Origin: Patescibacteria group bacterium
GTDB taxonomy: Bacteria > Patescibacteriota > Patescibacteriia > UBA2196
Direction: 5' to 3'
Assembly: GCA_028748975.1 (NCBI GenBank)
Contig: JAQTPI010000003.1
Location: forward strand, 33,064-97,063
DNA length: 64,000 nt
In this document: positions 56,744 to 64,000 of the stretch, piece after piece
How the letters are laid out: each line of letters begins with the position of its first letter
Position numbering within the stretch: the first letter of the stretch is position 1
Position numbers and translations under genes: made by a program
Notes under the pieces: generated by a model
Databases searched by the model: none
Told to the model about the DNA's origin: nothing
What the model saw: only the letters and a program-made list of their open reading frames with translations

Positions 56744-58033
56744 CTATTTATTACAAACATTGCAATATTGGGCATCGTTCTTTTTCAACCAATCACCGGC
56801 ATCAAATTTACTATAATCATTGCAAGTTGATATTTGAGAACAATCAAGTAAATAATTTTTTTTACCGCTTTCACTTTCAAAAGTAGTGAAATCCCCGTTA
56901 CTTTTCTGGCAACAAATGGTGTTGTCGTCATTGCCATTAATATAAAACGAATCGGAACAATAATCTTTGGGTTTGTCACTACTTCCTTTGTAACACTCGC
57001 CGGCAGCTCCGGCGGTCCAGCAAGAAACTCTTTTTCTGTCTTTGCCGCAAACCGCTATTCGCTCCCATTCGCACTTATCGGTGCTTAGGGCATTAACATC
57101 TTTGGAACAGGAATAGTCAAGAATGCCGCTGGCACGCGCCATGGCTGTGACTTCATTACAGCGCGAAGAACGAACTGATTCATCGGAATTTTTTTCTTGC
57201 GTGGATGCATCAGTGTAGCTTCTACAATACTCTTTTAAATTAATACAAAACGTACCAGTATTTTGGCCGGTATTAACACAATTATCGCCAGAACCACAAC
57301 CGTTTCGGCCAGAACAATAACCCAGGGAATTAAAACCGGCACCGACAAAATAACCGTAAGAATAAATAATGCCGCAACGGTCGGTCCCGCTGGTAATTGT
57401 TTTTTTGGAATTATCCACTACGACAATTTTGTTGCCATTAATGGTTTTATTGACGCTGGTGATGTCTCCGCACCAGGTAGAGTTAACGTTTTCTAATTTG
57501 GTAATATCGGTCACTCCCGGCAGGGTCAAGTTGATTAAACGCGGATTGATGTTGTATAAAATGACATAGGAGGTTAAGGCTAAAATTAAGCCGGCGATGG
57601 CGGCACTGATGGTGCTCTTGGCGTCACTGACTTTGCCAATATTGCCGGAGGCAAAAATCCACTGCAAGCCACCCCACATAATCATCACCACGGCCAAAAT
57701 CGCGATTAAGCCGATGGAAAATTTATAAAACCTGGCCACAAAAATTGGCAGGGAATCAACAGAATGACAAGGACGAGCAACGACTTGCGGACTGCCATTA
57801 TCGCCCATCACAATATAGTTGGGGTCATGATAGGTGCAGGTGGAAGAAAGTCCGGGAATGGGCACCTGAACACGAATTTTGCCTTCAGGCGGGCAGGTAT
57901 CACCGGCGCAGGCGCCGACGGAGGTGTTTTGCGCCGAAGCGTGGCTAGTAAAAAGTAAAACAGCCAAAATCAGATTGGCTAAAAAGAGCAAAATTATAAT
58001 TATAGTAGCGAGAGTGCTGAGTTTTTTGGACAT
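56744..58033 (-). CDS. Cys-rich secreted/membrane protein with an embedded VirB2/TrbC-pilin-like hydrophobic hairpin (T4SS-associated)
   Basis: Signal-anchor, then about 40 Cys. A central pair of hydrophobic helices (FSIGLIAILAVVMIMWGGLQWIF…AAIAGLILALTSYVILY) resembles a conjugative pilin core. It lies upstream of VirB4. Confidence 0.45.
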   Translation of the reverse strand: MSKKLSTLATIIIILLFLANLILAVLLFTSHASAQNTSVGACAGDTCPPEGKIRVQVPIPGLSSTCTYHDPNYIVMGDNGSPQVVARPCHSVDSLPIFVARFYKFSIGLIAILAVVMIMWGGLQWIFASGNIGKVSDAKSTISAAIAGLILALTSYVILYNINPRLINLTLPGVTDITKLENVNSTWCGDITSVNKTINGNKIVVVDNSKKTITSGTDRCGIIYSYGYFVGAGFNSLGYCSGRNGCGSGDNCVNTGQNTGTFCINLKEYCRSYTDASTQEKNSDESVRSSRCNEVTAMARASGILDYSCSKDVNALSTDKCEWERIAVCGKDRKRVSCWTAGAAGECYKGSSDKPKDYCSDSFYINGNDDNTICCQKSNGDFTTFESESGKKNYLLDCSQISTCNDYSKFDAGDWLKKNDAQYCNVCNK

Positions 58034-58190
58034 AAATTATGTTTCCCCGCCTTCGTTCTCTAGAGGTCTTTAACACTTCGGCGGGTAAACTTAGGTTGTT
58101 TTTATTATTATTAAAGATAAAAAAATTAGTAATTTATCCGCCGGAGCGTTCAATGGGACGCTTAGGAGCGCAGGCGGATAAATTATTATA
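58034..58190. repeat. 160-bp structured repeat, copy 2 (see 2986-3148)
   Basis: Near-identical to copy 1, including the gggacgcttaggagcgcaggcgga core. Confidence 0.7.
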
Positions 58191-58704
58191 TTTCGCAAGT
58201 GACGCCGACCCAACCCAAAATCGGCTTAAGAAACCCGAAGTTCTTTACTATTTCACATTTCATGGCTAGGGTAAACAAAACCACAAAAATTACCACGGCA
58301 ATGGCGAGTAGAACACCACCGACTTCAGGGCCAATCAGACCGGCAATCCAAAGAGCTACTTTTTTCCAAGCCGCGCTGGCCACCTTTTTGGCAACTTTTT
58401 TGGTTGCTTCGGCCGCAATTTCTTTTACCGCACCCGTAGCCTGCTCTTTAGCCATTTGCCTCATGTTATCAAGTCTTGTTTTTGTTTCTTGCTGTACATC
58501 TGGCGCCACAGAATCTGATCCTGGCTCTTCATTTTCTGTTTTTCTTCCCAAATTTTCTGGTACTTCTTCTTTTTTTATTTTTTTCAGCTGCCCCATTCTG
58601 TCGGCCACCTCTTGCTGTTCGCCCTCATTCAAATAATTCGGCTCCGTGCTGTACGGCTGCTCGTATAACGGAAATGGCTGATAATTTTCTTCTTGATCAG
58701 GCAT
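58186..58704 (-). CDS. Hypothetical membrane-anchored protein (T4SS locus)
   Basis: Q/E-rich N-terminal part and a C-terminal TM helix. The start is trimmed to MPDQEENYQ. Confidence 0.4.
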   Translation of the reverse strand: MPDQEENYQPFPLYEQPYSTEPNYLNEGEQQEVADRMGQLKKIKKEEVPENLGRKTENEEPGSDSVAPDVQQETKTRLDNMRQMAKEQATGAVKEIAAEATKKVAKKVASAAWKKVALWIAGLIGPEVGGVLLAIAVVIFVVLFTLAMKCEIVKNFGFLKPILGWVGVTCEI

Positions 58705-58720
58705 AAAATTAAAATTTATT

Positions 58721-59320
58721 CTACTGCCAGCGCGCCTCATCCACTTGCCACAAACCCGCTTCTTTAACAAAACTAATTAAAATATCTTGATAATAAACCT
58801 TGCTATTAACTTCGCTGCCAACTGATTCCTGGCGTTGGGTGGAAACCAAAACCTCGGCGGAAGTAGCGTCTAAATTTTTAATTTCCGTATTTAAAGCTTT
58901 GGTGGTTAAACCATAATAGACTGTGGCGGGGGCACTACCAGCCACGACTAAGGAATCAACCCAATTTTGCATCCGCTCCGTCATGAGCATTTTTAAATCC
59001 AGCAAATTTTCAAAATTGGACTGGCTGGAATAGGAACCAAATCTTTCGGCAAAAGCGGCGGCGGTTTTAATAAGAAAACCGCGGGTTTTTTCCTCCTCGG
59101 TCGGGGCAATTAGGGGCACTGATTCTGGTTCGGGGGCCGGTTCGGTTACTGCCGGTACTTCGGGGGTATTGGTGGTGACTTGGCCGGTATCCGGCGGCAA
59201 AATTACCGTATTAATATTTTCATCAACTTTTTGCTTCATGATCAAAAAAATCGCGAGAGTAATCACTCCCAGTAAAATAATTATGGCGATAATGGTAAAA
59301 ATGGTTCGGCCGCGAGGCAT
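58721..59320 (-). CDS. Hypothetical N-terminally anchored protein (T4SS locus)
   Basis: TM helix, a Pro/Thr/Glu-rich linker and a globular C-terminal domain. Confidence 0.4.
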   Translation of the reverse strand: MPRGRTIFTIIAIIILLGVITLAIFLIMKQKVDENINTVILPPDTGQVTTNTPEVPAVTEPAPEPESVPLIAPTEEEKTRGFLIKTAAAFAERFGSYSSQSNFENLLDLKMLMTERMQNWVDSLVVAGSAPATVYYGLTTKALNTEIKNLDATSAEVLVSTQRQESVGSEVNSKVYYQDILISFVKEAGLWQVDEARWQ

Positions 59321-59440
59321 AAATAATGTAAAAATTAAAAATCAAAATGTAAAATGACAAATTAAAATGTAAAATTTATTATCTTCGTGCCGCGGAGCGG
59401 CACTCCATAATTTTGATTTTTGATATTTGATTTTTGATTT
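59321..59440. repeat. Intergenic word-palindrome, AATGTAAAAT/ATTTTGATTTTTG family, with a GC hairpin core. Similar copies are at 61331-61449 and 62789-62885.
   Basis: aaaatcaaaatgtaaaatgacaaattaaaatgtaaaat…gtgccgcggagcggcac…attttgatttttgatatttgatttttgattttt. Confidence 0.8.
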
Positions 59441-61330
59441 TTATTGTTCCGTCCCCATGCTTTCTTCAAACTCCTTTTTGGCTTGCTCAATTTCCAAAAT
59501 TTGGCGCGGGTCGGAAGTGATAATTTGGTCTTCGGTGTAGGAAGCGACGATTTTGATGGCCGCGTGTTTGGCGCCGGCAAAGAAAATCCCCTCGCCCACG
59601 CCGGACTCAAGCAATAAATATTTTTCACCCTGGGTGAGACGGAAGGTTTTGGCAACGAGGTCAATCGCAGCGGGCGCCTGTTTCATCAATAATTGCAGGG
59701 CGCAGTTATTCAAAATTGACTGGCCATAGGGCGAAGTTAAAAAGTCATTGACGTCCTGAGTGATGGTGGTGATACCGAGGTAATATTTGCGGCAGCGCTT
59801 GACCAGAGCAAAAATAAATTTGGCCGAATCTTCATGCATCATCAGCCACCAGGCCTCATCAATAATCAACATTCTCTTTTTCAATTTAGAGCGGACTTTG
59901 TTCCAAATATAGTTAATGATGGTGTAGATGGCCATGGGGCGCAGCTCATCTTCCAAATCGCGCACGGAAAAAACTACCAATTGATTTTCCACGTCCACAT
60001 TGGTCGGATAATTCAAAAGTCCGGCAAAAGTGCCATTGGTGTATTTATCCAGTTTGCGCGCCAACTCTTCTCCACCGACCATGTTGGCCAAGACTTCCTG
60101 CAAATCGGACATGATGGGAAACTGAATGCCATCCTTGGTTAAATCCGTATCAGGCGTGATGTCGCGTTTAGCATAGGTTTCCAAAAGCGCGCGATCCAAA
60201 ATTGAATCTTCGGCGTGGGTTAGTGTCCCAAGCATGATGCGCAACAAACCTTTGACGGTGATGACCGCGGAGCGAATGATGTCGGCGGAACGGGTTTCTT
60301 CATCGGTGGGTTTGGGCAAATCAAAAGGATTAATTTTGGAATCGGAATTCAGGGAAATATTGACATAGGTGCCACCCACAGCTTCGGACAGATATTGATA
60401 TTCGCGTTCAGGGTCAATGACCATAACATCAGTGCCCATCATCATGCTTCTTAACACCTCCAATTTCACGGCATAACTTTTACCGGCACCGGAAGTGGCG
60501 AAAACAGCGGAGTTAGCGTTTTGCAGGGAAAAGCGGTCAAATAAAATCAAGGAATTATTGTGGCGATTGATGCCATAGAGAATGCCGGAGTCGGAGGAAA
60601 GTTCAGAAGAAACAAAAGGAAAAGAAGAAGCACAGGGCGAGGTCTGCATATTGAAGCCGACGGCCAATTCATCGTTGGCTAAAGGCAGGGTGGAATTAAA
60701 ACCTTGTTCACTTTGCCAATAGGCGCGGCGGGTGTAAACCATTTTGGAGCCAATGATGCTTTCAATTTTTTCGGTTAAGGTGTTTAAATCTTTCAGAGTG
60801 TCGGCATACATGGTGATATACAAACCAAAATGAAAAAAGTGTTCCAGTCCTTGGGTGAGGTCGTCGCGCAATTGTTCAATATCTTGGAGAGCAGTTTGAG
60901 TTTGTGGGTCGCGCGGCGCGCCTTTTTCCGAGTCGCCGGCCAGCTGCGCTTCCAAAACACCAACCTTATTGCGCAATTGTTTCAAAATTATTTTGGCATC
61001 CATGGGATAAAAATACATGGCAATATCCATGGTGGCGGAGAAATCAATAATCGGCTCAAACCAGCCCACATCAACATAGCGGGGATAGGTAGTCACAAAA
61101 ATGGTGCGCGCAATTTTACCGCCGACCATCAAATGGTCAGGTGACACCTGAAAAACAGAGGGGGAAAGCAAATCAATGACCGAAGCGGCGCCGGCGCGAT
61201 AGGCCTGTTCGGCGAGCAAAAGCTCGCGTTCTGTTTCCAGGCGCGTTTCCAGAGCTTTCTGTTTTTCCGCCGCGGTGGCTTCCGGCGGCAGATTTATGTC
61301 TTGAATTGTGGGTAATTTTTTACCGAACAT
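59441..61330 (-). CDS. VirB4/TraC/TrbE-family conjugal-transfer ATPase (C-terminal ATPase module)
   Basis: Walker A ATSGAGKSYAV, Walker B MLIIDEAWW and the characteristic VirB4 C-terminal domain. 629 aa. Confidence 0.75.
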   Translation of the reverse strand: MFGKKLPTIQDINLPPEATAAEKQKALETRLETERELLLAEQAYRAGAASVIDLLSPSVFQVSPDHLMVGGKIARTIFVTTYPRYVDVGWFEPIIDFSATMDIAMYFYPMDAKIILKQLRNKVGVLEAQLAGDSEKGAPRDPQTQTALQDIEQLRDDLTQGLEHFFHFGLYITMYADTLKDLNTLTEKIESIIGSKMVYTRRAYWQSEQGFNSTLPLANDELAVGFNMQTSPCASSFPFVSSELSSDSGILYGINRHNNSLILFDRFSLQNANSAVFATSGAGKSYAVKLEVLRSMMMGTDVMVIDPEREYQYLSEAVGGTYVNISLNSDSKINPFDLPKPTDEETRSADIIRSAVITVKGLLRIMLGTLTHAEDSILDRALLETYAKRDITPDTDLTKDGIQFPIMSDLQEVLANMVGGEELARKLDKYTNGTFAGLLNYPTNVDVENQLVVFSVRDLEDELRPMAIYTIINYIWNKVRSKLKKRMLIIDEAWWLMMHEDSAKFIFALVKRCRKYYLGITTITQDVNDFLTSPYGQSILNNCALQLLMKQAPAAIDLVAKTFRLTQGEKYLLLESGVGEGIFFAGAKHAAIKIVASYTEDQIITSDPRQILEIEQAKKEFEESMGTEQ

Positions 61331-61449
61331 AAAAAATGTAAAGTGTAAAAATCAAAATGTAAAATGACAATGTAAAATGTAAAATTTATTATCTTCATGC
61401 CGCGAGAGCGGCATACTATAATTTTAATTTTTGATTTTTAAATTTTTAT

Positions 61450-62127
61450 TTACTGTTCCACCTGCACTTCGCCCAAACTTGCCAGTTTCTGCTGATTATA
61501 GATATCTAAATTATAAGTATTATAAAATAATTCAATCAGGGCTTGGGTGTCCAGTTGCACCGCCGAAATACTCATACTGGAGAGTCCGGAAACCACGCGA
61601 TTGACGCGGGTGTCGATTTGCTTGCGGTAATCGGAAAATATTTTTTCATTCAAGCGAATGGCGGAAACAGGAGAGAGGGCGCCGGTTAAACGGCGGAAAA
61701 AATTTTCTTTATTTCCTCCACCGGGCACATAGGGCACCACCAGATAGAATTTTTTAGACATGATGTCGCCCAGCTCCACCAATTCTTTAATATAATTGAC
61801 GTATTCGGCGGTTTGCAGGCGCAGAAGTTCATTGGTTTGGGTTTTTTGTTTCTCCGCCACATCAGCGATATATTTATCAATATTCAGCTTGCGCGACTGA
61901 ACAACAATCTGCAGAGGAAAATCAATAAAATTTAAAAAGTTAATATAGGCGGAAACAATCGCCTGCTGTTCTTCGGTTGATTTCAAAGAAAAATTAATGG
62001 AAGACGCCAAAAGCACGGCGCGAATGGAGCCATCTTTCAAAATTACTAAGTCCGAGCGAATTTCCGCGATATCCAGATAGCGCTGGACCGAGGGCAGAGT
62101 GGGTTTTTTCTGTATCTCTTTTCCCAT
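61450..62127 (-). CDS. Hypothetical protein, probably the detached N-terminal domain of VirB4 or an associated subunit
   Basis: 225 aa, immediately upstream of the ATPase gene. The position suggests a split VirB4. Confidence 0.35.
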   Translation of the reverse strand: MGKEIQKKPTLPSVQRYLDIAEIRSDLVILKDGSIRAVLLASSINFSLKSTEEQQAIVSAYINFLNFIDFPLQIVVQSRKLNIDKYIADVAEKQKTQTNELLRLQTAEYVNYIKELVELGDIMSKKFYLVVPYVPGGGNKENFFRRLTGALSPVSAIRLNEKIFSDYRKQIDTRVNRVVSGLSSMSISAVQLDTQALIELFYNTYNLDIYNQQKLASLGEVQVEQ

Positions 62128-62311
62128 ATTGTTTATTTTAGTTTATCCCGAGTAAGCTGATAAATTTTACTATTAAATTTCTAATTCCTAATTACCAATT
62201 TCTAATGAAATGCCAAATGTTAAATGTCCAAAGTTCGGTTTTTGCCGGAGGCAAAAACCGACAGATTGGAAATTGGAAATTGGAAATTGGAAATTAGAAA
62301 TTGGAAATTAA

Positions 62312-62788
62312 TTATTCTCCCTTATACATCCCGCCCGTATCCACCACGAGCGCCAGTTCCGCCAGACGTGAGGAAGAAAGCGGTTCTTTAGTAATTTTCG
62401 GCGCCACTATTTTTTTCTCACCCATTTTTTTTCTTTCCATTTCAAATTTTAATTCTTCCATGGTGACGTTGCGATTCCAGACGCGCAGGCGCGGACGGCG
62501 CAAACTTTGAATGACATTTAAAAGAAAAAGATGAAAGGATTGGCCGTTGATTTTGATAAAAGCGATCACTAAAGCCGGAGCCGCGACAAAAAACAAACTG
62601 CCAAAAAACCAACCCAAAGAAGCCACGCGAAAAATTATCATCTCAATTACGCCCGCCACCACCACAATGATAAATTGCCGCACGGTAATTTTACCCAAAA
62701 TGCGGCTTTCTTCTTCAATGAATTGGGGAACGATGAATCTGCCATCCATAAAAATGTAAAGATTAAAAATCAAAATGTAAAATGACAA
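62312..62788 (-). CDS. VirB3/PrgI-like small membrane protein
   Basis: Two adjacent TM helices (IIVVVAGVIEMIIFRVASLGWFFGSLFFVAAPALVIAF), then a basic tail. It sits just upstream of the VirB4 genes. Confidence 0.4.
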   Translation of the reverse strand: MSFYILIFNLYIFMDGRFIVPQFIEEESRILGKITVRQFIIVVVAGVIEMIIFRVASLGWFFGSLFFVAAPALVIAFIKINGQSFHLFLLNVIQSLRRPRLRVWNRNVTMEELKFEMERKKMGEKKIVAPKITKEPLSSSRLAELALVVDTGGMYKGE

Positions 62789-62885
62789 TGTAAAATATAA
62801 AATTTATCTAATCTTTGTGCCCCGACAAGCGGAGCGTGGTCGGGGCACACCATAATTTTGATTTTTGATATTTGATTTTTGATTT

Positions 62886-63983
62886 TTAGTAGTTCAGCTG
62901 CTCATTCAAATCTCCAATCGCTTGAAATTCATCCCAAGTCAACCCGCTAGGTTTGTTTTTTAAAATTCCTTCAATCGGCAAGCTTTTAATTAAACTTTCT
63001 TCACCCACATTAACATAGAGCTGATAAAGCGGTGAGGATTTCCAAGCGGCAATGCCTTTGGCGCGTTCTTCCAAAGAAACATTGGCCAGCGCCATAATTT
63101 TTTCATAGAGCTTATTAACGCTTTCTTTGGGACTGCGACCCAGCGCGCGGAATTCTTTCAAATCCATATTCAGCAATTCTTCCACCGGCCCCATCACCCG
63201 CCGCTCTCTTTGCTCTTTCAATAAATAACTTTGATAATTAAAATCCTCGCGATTATCAGTGACTTGTTGTCTATTATTTATCGTCGGTCGTAAATCTTCG
63301 GTCGTCGGTTTTGTTGATTGTTGGTTGTTAGTTGTTGGTTGTCGATTTCCCGCTTTTATCGCCGCCACAATCTTCTGCAATTGCGGATTATCAATATCCT
63401 CCGGCCCCGCAGCCAGTTCTTCTTTCCATTTCGGTATTTTTTCTGCTAGCGGTTGCCTATTATAAGCCATTTCCTGATTTCCGATTTCTAATTTCTGATT
63501 TCCAGTTCCTGATTTAATATATTCCTCCGGCTTCTCCTGCCATTTTATTTTTTCTTTTTCTATTATTTTAATAATTTTATCCGCGGAGGCCAGGGTGATG
63601 GACAAACCGCCGCTGTCTGTTTTTTTCATCAAAGAATCCTTGGTGTCCACCAAAGAACGAATGTCGCGCAGGCGGGAAGCCACAATTTTTGACAAACGCG
63701 CTAAATCTTCGGGTGAAGCGATGTTAATTTCCGGCACTGTGTCTTTAATTTGCCGCGCGATTTTGGCCGCGCCCAAATTTATTGACTGTTCTTTTTTTTC
63801 CCGTTCGGTTATTAAATTATTGTCCTTAAATTCTTTTGCTTCTTCTTCGTCTTTGACATCAAAATAGAAAGCCGGCGCGGAAACTTTTTTGGGTAGCTCC
63901 GTCCCCCTCTCCTTACCAAGGAGAGGTCCGTCAGCTGGCGGAGGGGTGGGGTTTATTATACTCGTGCCGCCAGCGGGCGGCAC
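62886..63983 (-). CDS. Hypothetical T4SS-locus protein with repeat-encoded low-complexity inserts. The 5' end is uncertain and may extend past the window.
   Basis: The ORF begins with GTG inside a GC-hairpin element. It contains KSGTGNQKLEIGNQE and QPTTNNQQSTKPTT runs encoded by word repeats. Confidence 0.35.
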   Translation of the reverse strand: MPPAGGTSIINPTPPPADGPLLGKERGTELPKKVSAPAFYFDVKDEEEAKEFKDNNLITEREKKEQSINLGAAKIARQIKDTVPEINIASPEDLARLSKIVASRLRDIRSLVDTKDSLMKKTDSGGLSITLASADKIIKIIEKEKIKWQEKPEEYIKSGTGNQKLEIGNQEMAYNRQPLAEKIPKWKEELAAGPEDIDNPQLQKIVAAIKAGNRQPTTNNQQSTKPTTEDLRPTINNRQQVTDNREDFNYQSYLLKEQRERRVMGPVEELLNMDLKEFRALGRSPKESVNKLYEKIMALANVSLEERAKGIAAWKSSPLYQLYVNVGEESLIKSLPIEGILKNKPSGLTWDEFQAIGDLNEQLNY

Positions 63984-64000
63984 ACCAAAATCTTGTGTTT

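Noticed and set aside
59362-59664. 100-aa minus-strand ORF overlapping the 3' end of the VirB4 gene
   Set aside because: It is an alternative frame inside the VirB4 coding sequence and a palindromic spacer.

Overview
This 64-kb window carries most of a bacterial S10-spc-str ribosomal-protein supercluster on the minus strand, plus accessory and competence/conjugation-like loci.

Core, conserved content:
- The minus-strand r-protein block runs from rpsL to secY (rpsL, rpsG, fusA, tuf, rpsJ, rplC, rplD, rplW, rplB, rpsS, rplV, rpsC, rplP, rpmC, rpsQ, rplN, rplX, rplE, rpsZ, rpsH, rplF, rplR, rpsE, rplO, secY).
- L30 is absent between S5 and L15, S14 is the Zn type-Z form, and several r-proteins have unusual extensions. 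Together these suggest a CPR/Patescibacteria-like small genome.
- Other recognisable genes: ndk, a split comEC, a ferredoxin, hpf, a P-type ATPase, a Cas4-like nuclease, a cytochrome-b5 / ferric-reductase pair, an AbrB-like gene pair, TspO, an FKBP, rpoD, dnaG, DedA, comFC, clpC, a DsbA-like protein, a TolB-like protein, and a VirB3/VirB4-containing T4SS-like locus.
- Four tRNAs: Pro(GGG), Asn(GTT), Ser(TGA) and Ser(GCT).

Unusual organisation:
- Nearly every intergenic gap in the r-protein cluster, and many elsewhere, is filled by a 100-150 bp imperfect palindrome built from short word repeats (CGAAT/ATTCG, CACAGAT/ATCTGTG, CCAA/TTGG, GATTTC/GAAATC, AATGTAAAAT). Several families of GC-rich hairpins occur as well.
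- A stereotyped expression module precedes most genes: hairpin, TTTTTTATTT, TTGACA, 16-18 bp, TATAAT-like box, often a second hairpin, GGAGG, start codon.
- At least seven small plus-strand ORF cassettes, each with its own near-consensus promoter and terminator, sit antisense inside conserved minus-strand operons: L4|L3, fusA|tuf (two cassettes), the comEC halves, FKBP|rpoD, rpoD|dnaG and secY|L15.

Other notable items:
- A ~600-nt GC-rich noncoding segment with its own promoter and terminator (candidate structured RNA).
- An AT-rich two-gene island between tandem tRNA-Ser genes.
- A translationally coupled paralog pair upstream of rpsL, and a tandem pair of holin-sized membrane proteins.
- A receiver-domain gene broken at a C8 homopolymer.
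- A 160-bp repeat present in two copies.

All protein-family calls are from motif recognition by eye and need database confirmation.
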